A stretch of 63,561 nucleotides of DNA, the filler included, from Octopus bimaculoides (Eukaryota): the NCBI RefSeq assembly GCF_001194135.2. It is 12 parts of 12 records of this genome, joined end to end, with 100 filler letters (N's around TTAATTAATTAA, not from the genome) between each part and the next. Parts side by side here need not be neighbours in the genome. Positions count along the whole stretch, not along the records: positions 50,772 to 52,801 come from NW_026308341.1; positions 52,902 to 54,021 come from NW_026419513.1; positions 54,122 to 55,746 come from NW_026370057.1; positions 55,847 to 58,518 come from NW_026385165.1; positions 58,619 to 59,843 come from NW_026383773.1; positions 59,944 to 62,052 come from NW_026357621.1; positions 62,153 to 63,561 come from NC_068986.1; 5 more parts are not named here. One strand, written 5' to 3'. Shown here one piece after another: positions 51,763 through 63,561 of this stretch. The position numbers were made by a program, and so were the translations under genes. The notes below the pieces were generated by a model, which did not search any database, was not told where the DNA came from, and saw nothing but the letters and a program-made list of their open reading frames with translations. Position 1 is the stretch's first letter. Every line of letters begins with the position of its first letter.

Positions 51763-52225
51763 GGCGCAGGAGTGGCTGTGTGGTAAATAGCTTGCTTACC
51801 AACCGCATGGTTCTGGGTTCAGCCCCACTGCGTGGCACCTTGGGCAAGTGTCTTCTACTATAGCGTCGGGCCGACTAAAGCCTTGTGAGTGGATTTGGTA
51901 GATGGAAACTGAAAGAAGCACGTCGTATATATGTAATATATGTGTGTGTGTGTGTATATGTTCGTGTGTCTGTGTTTGTCCCCCCCAACATCGCTTGACA
52001 ACCGATGCTGGTGTATTTACGTCCCCGTAGCCTAGCGGTTCGGCAAAAGAGACCGATAGAATAAGTACTAGGCTTNNNNNNNNNNCCGTAGCCTAGCGGT
52101 TCGGCAAAAGAGACCGATAGAATAAGTACTAGGCTTCCAAAGAATAAGTCCTGGGGTCGATTTGCTCGACTAAAGGCGGTGCTCCAGCATGGCCGCAGTC
52201 AAATAACTGAAACAGGTGAAAGAAC
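51763..52225 (+). mobile_element. SINE family A, full length (about 51 bp artefactually duplicated across a 10-N gap)
   Basis: Same consensus as 39958; 52025-52075 is repeated at 52086-52136. Confidence 0.95.
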
Positions 52226-52342
52226 CCTTTGCGCATGCTCCCAAATCTGCAATACGATGTGATTCTGGATATACACAACCGCATCATCGGAATAGGGATG
52301 CATACATATATTTACACAGACATATACATACGCACAGAAGTA

Positions 52343-52385
<43 letters not shown>

Positions 52386-52625
52386 GCGAGTGTGTGTGTG
52401 TATGAATATGTACTTATGTATGTATGTATGTATGTATGCATGCGTGTATATCCAGACAGAAGAATTATAATAGGCCAAAGGTCAAACATGACTAATTTAG
52501 ATAGAATTTGTCATCAGCCAACAGAGATTGACAGTGACGTGTGTGTGTTTTGGGACTCACAGAGTGGACGAGAAGGGCATATACATACATAAATGTGTGT
52601 GCGTGCAAATGCGCGCGTTTATATA

Positions 52626-52669
<44 letters not shown>

Positions 52670-52959
52670 AAATAGTAAATGAGTATATGCATATATACGT
52701 ACAGGTATGTGCATACCGACATCCACCTGTATGTATAGGTGCATATCTGGGTATACATGCTTATCAATTTGTGTTGCAAGATTCCTGATGGGAAATCGTG
52801 TNNNNNNNNNNNNNNNNNNNNNNNNNNNNNNNNNNNNNNNNNNNNTTAATTAATTAANNNNNNNNNNNNNNNNNNNNNNNNNNNNNNNNNNNNNNNNNNN
52901 NTATTATCTCTAGAAACTTTAGTAAATAAACACAAATATACAATTTTATTATTAGTGAT

Positions 52960-53475
52960 AAATTTTTCATTTAATATATCCTGTCTTTAAAACCTAATAT
53001 TATATTATAATACCCGATCATACTGAAATTTATAATTAATCTAAACCAGAAAAACGTATGTCTAAGAAAATGGCTACATCTGAAAGCATTGTATGTGAGT
53101 TTATTTATTAACTTACCCTTAGAGAATAATATAAAAAATAATTCTAGATTACACAGCGAGCAATATCTCTTACCTTTGTCATAAGGGAAAAGTTTTCCAT
53201 TAATTGACCATTCTAATGAATATTGCCTTTTTTTGTTCCTTCAGTTCCCAAATGAATTTACTACGACTAGTACTCACTATTTTACTTCTATCTCTAAAAG
53301 TATTATAATGATTCGATATTCGTTTACAAATTTGTCCCGAAGAACAACCCACGTATATGCTAACATCTGTTTGAGTCATTACCTTACATTGATAAATAAT
53401 ATCCTTCAATCTCACATTTGGGCCTTCAAACTTCAATCTTCTGGGGTTAACCTCTGTTACTGTAATCATAGTATG

Positions 53476-53506
<31 letters not shown>

Positions 53507-54020
53507 TTATTTATATCAGGGTTCTCATCACTATCCTCCCCAATTCCCTTTGATTTAACTATTTTAAAATTATGAGCTGCAATTATTTGAGCTAAGTTCT
53601 TAGTGCTTGAGAAACCAAACCTAATGCTATGTGTATTAATAATTTTACCATAGTGTGAATTATTTGGGAAATATCTACTTATCACTTCTCTAAACTGTGC
53701 AATCAAATTAGATTTAACATTTCTACCAAAAGGGACTATGAACCATATATTATCATCTTTAGTGTTATCACAGTCATTTGTATGATTCTTAAAAAATTTT
53801 AAATTACCTATGTTACGTTTATGAATATCTGGGTTTATTTTCCTTATTTGCTCTTAGCTTATTCTTATAATCCATATCTGTCTTAATGTTGTTACGATCA
53901 GGTTCAACATAGTAAACCTTCTCTTTGTATCCTGCCCTATTTAATGCCGAATTATAGAATTGAGTTTCATAATCAAAAATCCTATCATTTGCAGATAACT
54001 TAGAAAGTCTTAATGAAATA
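52960..54020 (-). mobile_element. Penelope-like element: RT C-terminus plus GIY-YIG endonuclease, decayed
   Basis: FPNNSHYGKIINTHSIRFGFSSTKNLAQIIAAHN; DIIYQCKV..IYVGCS..KRISNHYNTFR..SKFIWELK; YDKGKRYCSLCNLE. Confidence 0.92.
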
Positions 54021-54121
54021 TNNNNNNNNNNNNNNNNNNNNNNNNNNNNNNNNNNNNNNNNNNNNTTAATTAATTAANNNNNNNNNNNNNNNNNNNNNNN
54101 NNNNNNNNNNNNNNNNNNNNN

Positions 54122-54600
54122 TGAGGACTGGCAAGCCAGAAGGCTGCATCAGGCTCCAATCTGATCTGGAAAGTTTCATGCCAGTGGCACATAAAAAGCA
54201 CCCACAACACTCTTGGCATAGCCCTTCCTAACGCCAACTATGCCGAGAGTGTTGTGGGTGCTTTTTATGTGCCACCTGCATGGGAGCCTGTCAGGCGGCA
54301 CTGGCATCGATCACATTCGAATGGTGCTTTTTACATGCCAATCAAGCAGTGCTGGCATCGGCCACAATGACTTCCCTTGCCTCCACAGGTCTTCGTAAGT
54401 GCAGTTTATTGCCCAATGATTGAAGGGTGCTCTTAAATGGGCCGGTTATGCNNNNNNNNNNNNNNNNNNNNNNNNNNNNNCACTTGGCTTGCTGGGTCTT
54501 CTCAAGCACAGCATATCTTCAAAGGTCTCGCTCACTTGTCATCGCCTCTGTGAGGCTCAACGTTTGAAGGTTGTGTTTCACCACTTCATCCCAGGTCATC
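54122..54600. mobile_element. Interspersed repeat family D (probable RTE-tail SINE, reverse orientation) with local inverted duplication
   Basis: Shares ggcaag..gg.ctgca..ag.ctc.a.t.tgat.tgg and ccttcctaac.ccaac with 54913-55075. Confidence 0.7.
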
Positions 54601-54912
54601 CTGGGTCTATTCTCTTTATTATTATTTTCTTCTTAATTTTTCTTTCTTTTATCTAACAATACAGATAAATTGCTCAAGCATATTGTTTTGCCACATGTTC
54701 ATATTTCCACTTCTTTCCAACATGTTTCTTTTTATTGTTNNNNNNNNNNNNNNNNNNNNNNNNNNNNNNNNNNGTTTCTATTTGAATTTTGGTAAATTAC
54801 CTTGTGTTTATTCCTGAATGTTGATGCATGAGTGACAGAAACACTAGTGTATTGAACAAAAGGATTTTTGTTTTTTGTATTTAATTTTATCTCTTTGGCA
54901 GCCTTCTGAGAT

Positions 54913-55330
54913 CATCATCATCATCATCATCATTTAATGTCTTATCCATGTTGGCATGGCTTGGATGGTTTGAGCAGGGCTGGCAAGTTGAGGGCCTGCA
55001 CAGACTCTAGTTGGATTTGGTATGGTTTTCTATGGCTGGATGACCTTCCTAACACCAACCACTCTGAAAGTGTANNNNNNNNNNNNNNNNNNNNNNNNNN
55101 NNNNNNNNNNNNNNNNNNNNNNNNNNNNNNNNNNNNNNNNNNNNNNNNNNNNNNNNNNNNNNNNNNNNNNNNNNNNNNNNNATTCATCTCCAGCATTCCA
55201 TGGATTCCAGCTACAGTGAATTACTACCTTAGTTAAAAACAGGTAATGGTTGGTGACAGGAAGGGCATCTGACCATAGACAATGACAAAGCTACTACTGT
55301 TGCTGTTAGTTGTTGTTTAGCTGCAGGTCA
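54913..55330. mobile_element. Repeat family D, second diverged copy, starting at (ATC)n
   Basis: (catc/atc)n-tttaatgtc..ccatgttggcatgg..gatgaccttcctaacaccaaccactc-gap-ggttggtgacaggaagggcatc. Confidence 0.7.
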
Positions 55331-55400
55331 TCCTTGATTGAGCAGAACTTATAGTCAAAGGTTTTTCCAATCATGACAATAGCATCTTTTTTCCCAGATA

Positions 55401-55746
55401 GGCACAGGTGTGACTGTGTGGTAAGACGCTTGCTTCTCAACCACATGGTTCCAGGTTGAGTTTTACTGCATGGCACATTGGGCAAGTGTCTTCTTCTATA
55501 GCTTTGGGCCAACCAAGACCTTGTGAGTGGATTTGGTAGATAGAAACTGAAAGAAACCCATTGTGTGTGTCACAATTTGACAACTAGTGTTGGTTTGTTT
55601 ACATCCACATAAATTAGTGGTGCAGCAAAAGTAACTAATAGAATAAGCACCAGGCTTTAAAAAATATAAGTTTAGGGCTCGATTTATTCAACTAAGAATT
55701 CTTCAAGACATTGCCCCAGCATGGCCGCAGTCTAATGACTGAAACA
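55401..55746 (+). mobile_element. SINE family A, CpG-depleted copy
   Basis: ggcacaggtgtgactgtgtggtaag..gtgagtggatttggtag..catggccgcagtctaatgactgaaaca. Confidence 0.9.
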
Positions 55747-55846
55747 NNNNNNNNNNNNNNNNNNNNNNNNNNNNNNNNNNNNNNNNNNNNTTAATTAATT
55801 AANNNNNNNNNNNNNNNNNNNNNNNNNNNNNNNNNNNNNNNNNNNN

Positions 55847-55886
<40 letters not shown>

Positions 55887-55888
55887 GA

Positions 55889-56775
55889 TACACAAAGTTT
55901 GATGAAAAAGTATCCAGACTGTTACCAAAGTGACGAAGCTGAAACATGCAAAGTAAAGCCGCATGGCACAAATTGACCTTGGACGCTGCTGTGCATGCGC
56001 ACTAAGTTTTAACGTTCTGCCTCCCTATCGCTGTACACAGCAGTGCTTTGCAGGAAGATGTGTAGCGTGTGATCGTCGCATTGATCGTGATAGAGAAAGT
56101 TGAGCAGAGAATCTGCGTCAAATTTAGCCAACAACTTGGTGATACCCGCTCAGAGGCCTACTCAAGGATTTCAAAACATTCCCGACACAATCATGGAGAT
56201 CTTGAGCAACTGAAACCCGAGAGTCCTTTTGTCCTGCTGAAAGCAGTTTTCGCAGAAACTTGGCAGACACGCATCTCATACACAAATCTTCAGTGATAAT
56301 GGACTGAACTGAACCGAAACTAATCTGCACATCCTCTGATAACTCACGAACGTAGTCGACGATTTCCCTTCATGGCAGCATGTACATCTGCGATATATTT
56401 CTCAGTTCTGCTGGTTGCGTGTCTCCCAGAACGTTCGCCACTATCGACAATTTTCGGCCATCTTGGAAACGTCTGAACCACTCGTACAATTGTATACGAA
56501 TTATATACTCATCTCCATACACATTCTGCAACTTTTCGTAGGCCTCTGAGTAGGTATCGCCATTACGCTTTTCTCTATCATGGTCAATGCGACGATCACA
56601 CGCTACACACCTTCCTTTCAAGCACTGCTGTTAAAAGCAAAACTGGCGTAGAACGTCAAAACTTAGTGTGCATGCGCATAAGTGTCCAAAACTAATCTGT
56701 GCCACGCGGCGTTTCTCTGCGTACATTAGCTTTGTAATTATGGCAACAGTCGGGATACTTATTGATCACACCTAA
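55889..56775. mobile_element. Mariner derivative with two inverted 5' halves
   Basis: Left end tgatgaaaaagtatccagactgttacc; right end (reverse complement) tgatcaataagtatcccgactgttgcc; transposase N-termini on both strands (+ EQRICVKF..GDTRSEAY; - GDTYSEAYEKLQNVYG..YEWFRRFQDGR). Confidence 0.85.
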
Positions 56776-56921
56776 TATATATATATATACATATATATAT
56801 ATGTGTACATATATATTTACATATATATAAGAAACAAATATTATTAAATGTATATATATAGATAGACATATAGATGTGTGCTTCAAGAGGAATGTACTTT
56901 AACACACACACACACACACAC

Positions 56922-57365
<444 letters not shown>

Positions 57366-58739
57366 TAATATCAGTTCCGTTTAACATTTTGCGTTCTTTT
57401 TCTTCATGTCGTCTCAGTTGTTATAGTTGTAGTTATTGTTCCTGGATTTGTTACGGCCATTGTTGTTGTTGTTGTTTTGGCGAATGAATCTGTAATCGGC
57501 TTTAGGAACTACTTTTGATGTGGGATTACATCTTACCGGACACCATGCCTTAACCTGCAATACAATGTATTTATATCCATTTGTATTTACATTTATCATG
57601 CTCTCCCACTCCAACACCCCGCACACCTCACCAGACTTGTATACGGAACGTGCTCGTATAAGTACACACGCTTACACTCACAACGCACCACACTCACAAA
57701 AGGATACACGCACACACACACATAGACACTCACCCACGCATGCACATACACACATACTGACGCTCATGTATTCACATTACACGCCTATCGATATCAGCAA
57801 ACCGTAAATTCGAATGACGGTGAGGAATGTATTTGCTTCCATCTCAAGCATCCACGGATTAATGCTTACGTAAAAGAAGTTGTTTCCATTTTTGTTTAAA
57901 GCACCAACACCCTTCAAGTTTTGACTGAACATACCGTTAATCAAATACATTCCCGCCGTGGTCATTCCTCCTTTCCCTTCAGACGTTAGTCATCTAGCAC
58001 TTTCTTATTCAATGTGTCTAGAACCTACATTATACGATATATTCAATGAAATGTTTTTGTTTGAGGGAGACTTGTCTGCTATTTCTATTTCTAGCAAGTC
58101 AAGCATCCATGTAGGGGAGGGGGATGATGTTTTGATCCCAAGTAAAAAGGTAGAACGTTTCTGATCTCGGTATTGACTCAGAGCATCCCCACACCCGACT
58201 CTCGCATCTCCCCACATCCCACTCTCGCATCCACGCATCCCAACACCGCCTCACCACACCACATCATGCCACATCACACAACACACCGCCACACCACATC
58301 ACACCACTCCGCACACATTAACACTCACCACCTCCCAGCACCCACACCATCATCCACACACCCACACATTACACGCACACACGCACATATTCAAACCTCA
58401 AAGTCACTAGCCCCTATCCACAAACACACACTCCCGCATAAACGCGCACGCGCACCTTCACTTTGGGGTCGCCAATACTTTATTATCTTCCCTTCTTCCT
58501 AGCTCTCCGGTCTAACTANNNNNNNNNNNNNNNNNNNNNNNNNNNNNNNNNNNNNNNNNNNNTTAATTAATTAANNNNNNNNNNNNNNNNNNNNNNNNNN
58601 NNNNNNNNNNNNNNNNNNATATATATGTATATATATACACATATATATAACTGAGTTATGAGGGATTTGATTACTCGTATATATTACCTTGTGGGATTCC
58701 AATTCTGGTACTACTGAACTGAGGTTGTCTTTCATTTTT

Positions 58740-59142
58740 ACTTATCTCACTCATTAGACTGTGGCCATGCTGGGGTACCGCCATGAAGAACTTTAGTGGA
58801 ATGTATCGACCCCAGTATTAACTTCATTTTCTTTTTAAAGCCTGGTACTTTTTCGATCAGTCTCTTTTGCCGAATCACTAGGTTACAAGGACGTAAACAC
58901 ACCAGCACCGGTTGTCAATCACAGGTGACACAATCACAAACACGCGCGCGCATACACACACATATATATTTATACACGATGTGCTTCTTTCAGTTTCCGT
59001 CTACCAAATCCACTCACAAGCCTTTGGTCAGACCGAGGCTATAGTAGAAGACATTTGCCCAAGGTGTCATACAGTGGGGACTGAACCTGGAACCATATGA
59101 TTGGGAAGCCAGCTTCTTCCCACACAGCTAAGCCTACGCCGA
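58740..59142 (-). mobile_element. SINE family A, diverged
   Basis: Reverse complement of the family A consensus, ending ..cacacagctaagcctacgcc. Confidence 0.9.
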
Positions 59143-59364
59143 TGTAAACTGCGTTTCGAAACTATAACGCCAGATTACTGTCTGCTTTATCTCTGGCGAA
59201 CTATACCACCCAATTTCATGAAACTCGCCTCGGGATAGGAAATGTTGTGGAGGAAGGCATTGCAATATTCAAATTGAATAATGCTGCAAAAATGATGCAA
59301 AACAAGGAAATTGTTAAATATTTCAATGATATTCTCATGCAAAATATCAACAATAGTGTGTTAG

Positions 59365-59843
59365 GCCATCACCTTTCTGGATTACTTCAGATACATACGA
59401 TTTTATGTTCCCAATCAATTTCTGCAGCAGATCATGTGAAAGGCCTTCCCGCGCTTTTTTTATTGCTGTGTGAAGTTCAGCAACAGACGATTACTGCTTG
59501 CCTTCGCGGCACATAACAGTCGCAAGATATCCCCAGACATTCTGTATAGGATTAAGGGAAGGACATCTTACTGGCTGTGGTATGACTTCAACCCCAATTG
59601 CGTGGAGGAAATCCAAAGTTGTCTTTGTTCTATGAATAGAAGCATTGTTCTGCTGAAATATAAAGTTCTCACCATGGAATTATCTTTCGTCTTCATCAAT
59701 GTACGCACCGATGTATTGTGCAACATTGAAACGGATATTCATGATGACAAGTGGAAGCGTCCCAGCTTCCCATTAGCAGATGCTGCTCCCAAAACCATGG
59801 GACCTGCTCTGCTGTTCTGCCACTTGGAATAAGTAGAATTTTC
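59365..59843 (-). mobile_element. Tc1/Tc3-like transposase C-terminal fragment, decayed
   Basis: GENFIFQQNNASIH..CPSLNPIQNVWGYL..ELHTAIKKA..LQKLI..VIQKGDGLTHY*. Confidence 0.9.
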
Positions 59844-60433
59844 NNNNNNNNNNNNNNNNNNNNNNNNNNNNNNNNNNNNNNNNNNNNTTAATTAATTAAN
59901 NNNNNNNNNNNNNNNNNNNNNNNNNNNNNNNNNNNNNNNNNNNATACATATGTATGTATATATATGTGTGTGTGTATACATACACACAGGCACTCTCTCT
60001 CTCTCTCTCTCTCTCTCTTACATATAAGAGAAACAATCTAACAAAAACAGAGTCTTACTGATATGAAATACAGAGAAGAGACATCAAAACAACAAGCCTT
60101 AGAAGAGAAAGGAAAGAAGGAAAAAAAAAATTCAAAAAATTAAGAGCAGGATCAAAACATTGTTGAAGAATAATAACAATAACAACAACAAAAACAAACA
60201 ACAACAACAACACAGCAACATCAACAACGAAAGCAATTCGACAACGACAAAGGAATCGAGGGAGCATAATGTTAAGTAGATTTATTAATGCGCAATTTAG
60301 AAACTTGTAAACAAGTTATATTGCTAGAGTGGATGCATATGTATGTATGTATGTATGTATGTATATGTTTGTAAGTATAGATGTATGCCTAAATGTTCAT
60401 TTATGTATATATATGTATGTTTTGATATAGATT

Positions 60434-60499
<66 letters not shown>

Positions 60500-61868
60500 C
60501 ACACACAGAAATATATATATANNNNNNNNNNNNNNNNNNNNNNNNNNNNNNNNNNNNNNNNNNNNNNNNNNNNNNNNNNNNNNNNNNNNNNNNNNNNNNN
60601 NNNNNNNNNNNNNNNNNNNNNNNNNNNNNNNNNNNNNNNNNNNNNNNNNNNNNNNNNNNNNNNNNNNNNNNNNNNNNNNNNNNNNNNNNNNNNNNNNNNN
60701 NNNNNNNNNNNNNNNNNNNNNNNNNNNNNNNNNNNNNNNNNNNNNNNNNNNNNNNNNNNNNNNNNNNNNNNNNNNNNNNNNNNNNNNNNNNNNNNNNNNN
60801 NNNNNNNNNNNNNNNNNNNNNNNNNNNNNNNNNNNNNNNNNNNNNNNNNNNNNNNNNNNNNNNNNNNNNNNNNNNNNNNNNNNNNNNNNNNNNNNNNNNN
60901 NNNNNNNNNNNNNNNNNNNNNNNNNNNNNNNNNNNNNNNNNNNNNNNNNNNNNNNNNNNNNNNNNNNNNNNNNNNNNNNNNNNNNNNNNNNNNNNNNNNN
61001 NNNNNNNNNNNNNNNNNNNNNNNNNNNNNNNNNNNNNNNNNNNNNNNNNNNNNNNNNNNNNNNNNNNNNNNNNNNNNNNNNNNNNNNNNNNNNNNNNNNN
61101 NNNNNNNNNNNNNNNNNNNNNNNNNNNNNNNNNNNNNNNNNNNNNNNNNNNNNNNNNNNNNNNNNNNNNNNNNNNNNNNNNNNNNNNNNNNNNNNNNNNN
61201 NNNNNNNNNNNNNNNNNNNNNNNNNNNNNNNNNNNNNNNNNNNNNNNNNNNNNNNNNNNNNNNNNNNNNNNNNNNNNNNNNNNNNNNNNNNNNNNNNNNN
61301 NNNNNNNNNNNNNNNNNNNNNNNNNNNNNNNNNNNNNNNNNNNNNNNNNNNNNNNNNNNNNNNNNNNNNNNNNNNNNNNNNNNNNNNNNNNNNNNNNTAT
61401 ATATATATATATATATATTTATTTATTTATACATATGCATGTGTGTTTGTGTAAGGATGTGTTTGTACATGAATGTGTATATTTATGAATGTACAAATAT
61501 GTGTAAATAGCTATGTACATAAACGTGATTATATCTAAATGTTTCTATCTCTACATTCTATGAATGCAGGATTTGGGTGAGGATGTGGTTGTAGAGTGGT
61601 ATGATTATATTTAATAGCAGGACTACTTCATTCGCAGACATTAGGAACGTAATTGTCATGAAATATAAGGAAACTGTGTGTACAGAGTGCATATCAAGTG
61701 CAAATGTTGTGCACATCAAATGCAAATGTAGTGCGAATCGATTTTTCAATTGATTCCAATGCAACCATGCCTTTTGCTAGATGTGATTGCCGCAGTAATC
61801 CAATGTTTTAGCCATGTATATTCGCTTGTACATACATGCTTATATATATATTTTTGTATATATAAGTA

Positions 61869-61915
<47 letters not shown>

Positions 61916-62014
61916 ATATGTATGTATGTATGTATATATAAATGTATGTATATATAAATAGATACATACATACATACATGTATTCAATTTTACACTGATA
62001 TATGCATGTATATT

Positions 62015-62052
<38 letters not shown>

Positions 62053-62152
62053 NNNNNNNNNNNNNNNNNNNNNNNNNNNNNNNNNNNNNNNNNNNNTTAA
62101 TTAATTAANNNNNNNNNNNNNNNNNNNNNNNNNNNNNNNNNNNNNNNNNNNN

Positions 62153-62615
62153 AGATGTCGGTGTGTTTACATCCCTGTAACTTAGTGGTTTGGAAAAAGA
62201 GATTAATAAAATAAGTACTAGGCTTACAAAGAATAAGTCCTGGGATCAGCTTGTTCGACTAAAGGCGATGCTCCAACATGGCCACTGACAAATGACTGAA
62301 ACAAGTAAAAGAAAAAATACATATAATATAAAAAATAAATGTGTGTGTGTATATGTATTTGTATGTTGGAAACATGACGTGTGACACTGTATCCTTCTGC
62401 TGCAAGTTAAATTAAAGGGCACATGGTCATTCAACCCTTCTGATTTGAAAGCCAGATTACAGGTAGATGAAACTTGGTGTACATAGCCCCTGAATACTAT
62501 TGTATTTTGGATTGGGTACACAAATAAAGGACTAGGGTTGATTCCTTCTCCTAAAAACTTCAAGATGTTGCCCCACCATGCCCACAGTCTTATGACTGAA
62601 ACAAGGGTAAAAGAT
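62153..62615 (+). mobile_element. Two SINE family A 3' fragments, CpG-depleted
   Basis: 62153-62320 and a more diverged 62380-62615 (..catgcccacagtcttatgactgaaacaagg). Confidence 0.8.
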
Positions 62616-62681
62616 AACGTACAGCCAATCAACTACATTCACTAAATATCTTTTGAATTTAACTTTATTTCTATATTTCAG

Positions 62682-62882
62682 GAACTTACCAACTCAATAT
62701 CATTTATCCAAAATAAAATAAAACGGGAACAACAGGAAGTTCAGCAAATCCAAACTGTTTTAGAATCAGATGCTGAGAATAAAGATAGTTCAGATACAAA
62801 TACTACCTTAAAAACTCAGTTGAACGATCTAAATTCTTCAATCGCCGCTCTTATTCATCGGTCAATGAAATGCTTCGAAAAG
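62682..62882 (+). CDS. Probable internal exon of an unidentified coiled-coil protein gene
   Basis: Acceptor actttatttctatatttcag|G, donor AAG|gtaagc, 201 nt, phase 0-0, open: ELTNSISFIQNKIKREQQEVQQIQTVLESDAENKDSSDTNTTLKTQLNDLNSSIAALIHRSMKCFEK. Confidence 0.75.
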
Positions 62883-62978
62883 GTAAGCTACAAGGGAATT
62901 TACTTAAAATCTTTCTTCTTTAAAGAAAATAGGCATCTATATGTAAGTATGTGTGCGAGTTTAACGTTAAAAAATGAT

Positions 62979-63017
<39 letters not shown>

Positions 63018-63019
<2 letters not shown>

Positions 63020-63300
63020 TAGCAGAGCAACCCGGCGTTGCCCGGCAATGAAATTGTTGCTTATATACTGGAAGGAAAAAAGCAAAATATGCTGTATAGA
63101 AATCTGAGGACATTCTGTAGATGGACTCAGATGATTGATGACTGGGCACCTCTCATGAATTGGAAAATTGAAGATGCGCCAAAAAGCCTCATTGGTACTT
63201 GGAAACTTTTACGAAAATTAAAATGTGGCTTAAATGAAAAAAATGATTTACGTGAATATCCTCACAAGAGTAATTGAAATAAATTGCAATTGTGGAACCC
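63018..63300 (+). mobile_element. Helitron/Helentron-like non-autonomous element end inserted at (TA)n
   Basis: actagcagagcaacccggcgttgcccgg: ACTAG terminus plus a short GC-rich stem-loop. Right boundary uncertain. Confidence 0.5.
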
Positions 63301-63561
63301 CTCACGCACACACGCATGCGCACGCACACACACAGAGTATCACACATCAGATGAAATGGAAGTGTGTGTATGTGTGTGACAGAGAGAGAGAGAGAGAGTG
63401 AGACAGAGAGAGGTTTGTTGTCATGTATACGTACATGCATAAATATGCATACATCTTTGTGTGTGTGCGTGTGTATGAGAGAGAGAGAGAGAGAGAGAGT
63501 AAATCTATACTATATATAAAACAGAGATGTGCGTGTAATCGACTTCACCAAATGCTTCCAT

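Noticed and set aside
52025-52136. Perfect 51-bp tandem duplication in a SINE
   Set aside because: It flanks a 10-N gap, which is typical of an unmerged contig overlap.
57983-58149. Plus-strand exon candidate phase-compatible with 62682
   Set aside because: Weak donor (gtagaa), the opposite strand is equally open, and the region may be a decayed Penelope RT. Left unresolved.

Overview
Eukaryotic, AT-rich, gapped draft-assembly window, most likely octopus (coleoid cephalopod). This is inferred from the tRNA-derived SINE families and the very high microsatellite load. Host-gene content is sparse. Two directly splicing phase-1 LDL-receptor class A exons lie on the minus strand (18770-18886 then 13912-14037), and one clean coiled-coil-like exon lies on the plus strand (62682-62882). 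The rest is transposon debris: R4/Dong-type restriction-like-endonuclease LINEs in (TAA)n, an L1/Tx1 RT fragment, RTE LINEs with C-terminal C2H2 fingers, Penelope-like elements, several mariner/Tc1 remnants, an Academ(X)-like remnant, a hAT MITE, a Helitron/Helentron-like end and more than 20 SINE copies. Main leads: (1) minimal type-I hammerhead ribozyme folds, one in the 3' part of a Pol III-box, SINE-like element (49261-49520) and one in a Penelope-type terminal repeat (68-115), both with a core mutation in these copies; (2) two SINEs inserted serially at one site, leaving three identical 16-bp target duplications; (3) a four-unit head-to-tail SINE array; (4) a mariner derivative made of two inverted 5' halves; (5) a 45-bp-arm hairpin made by local inversion inside a repeat; (6) CpG decay in SINE copies that is strongest right of about 54 kb. 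There is no CRISPR array and no supportable rRNA or tRNA gene. All alignments, translations and counts were done by eye, so element boundaries are approximate unless splice sites, TIRs or TSDs are quoted.
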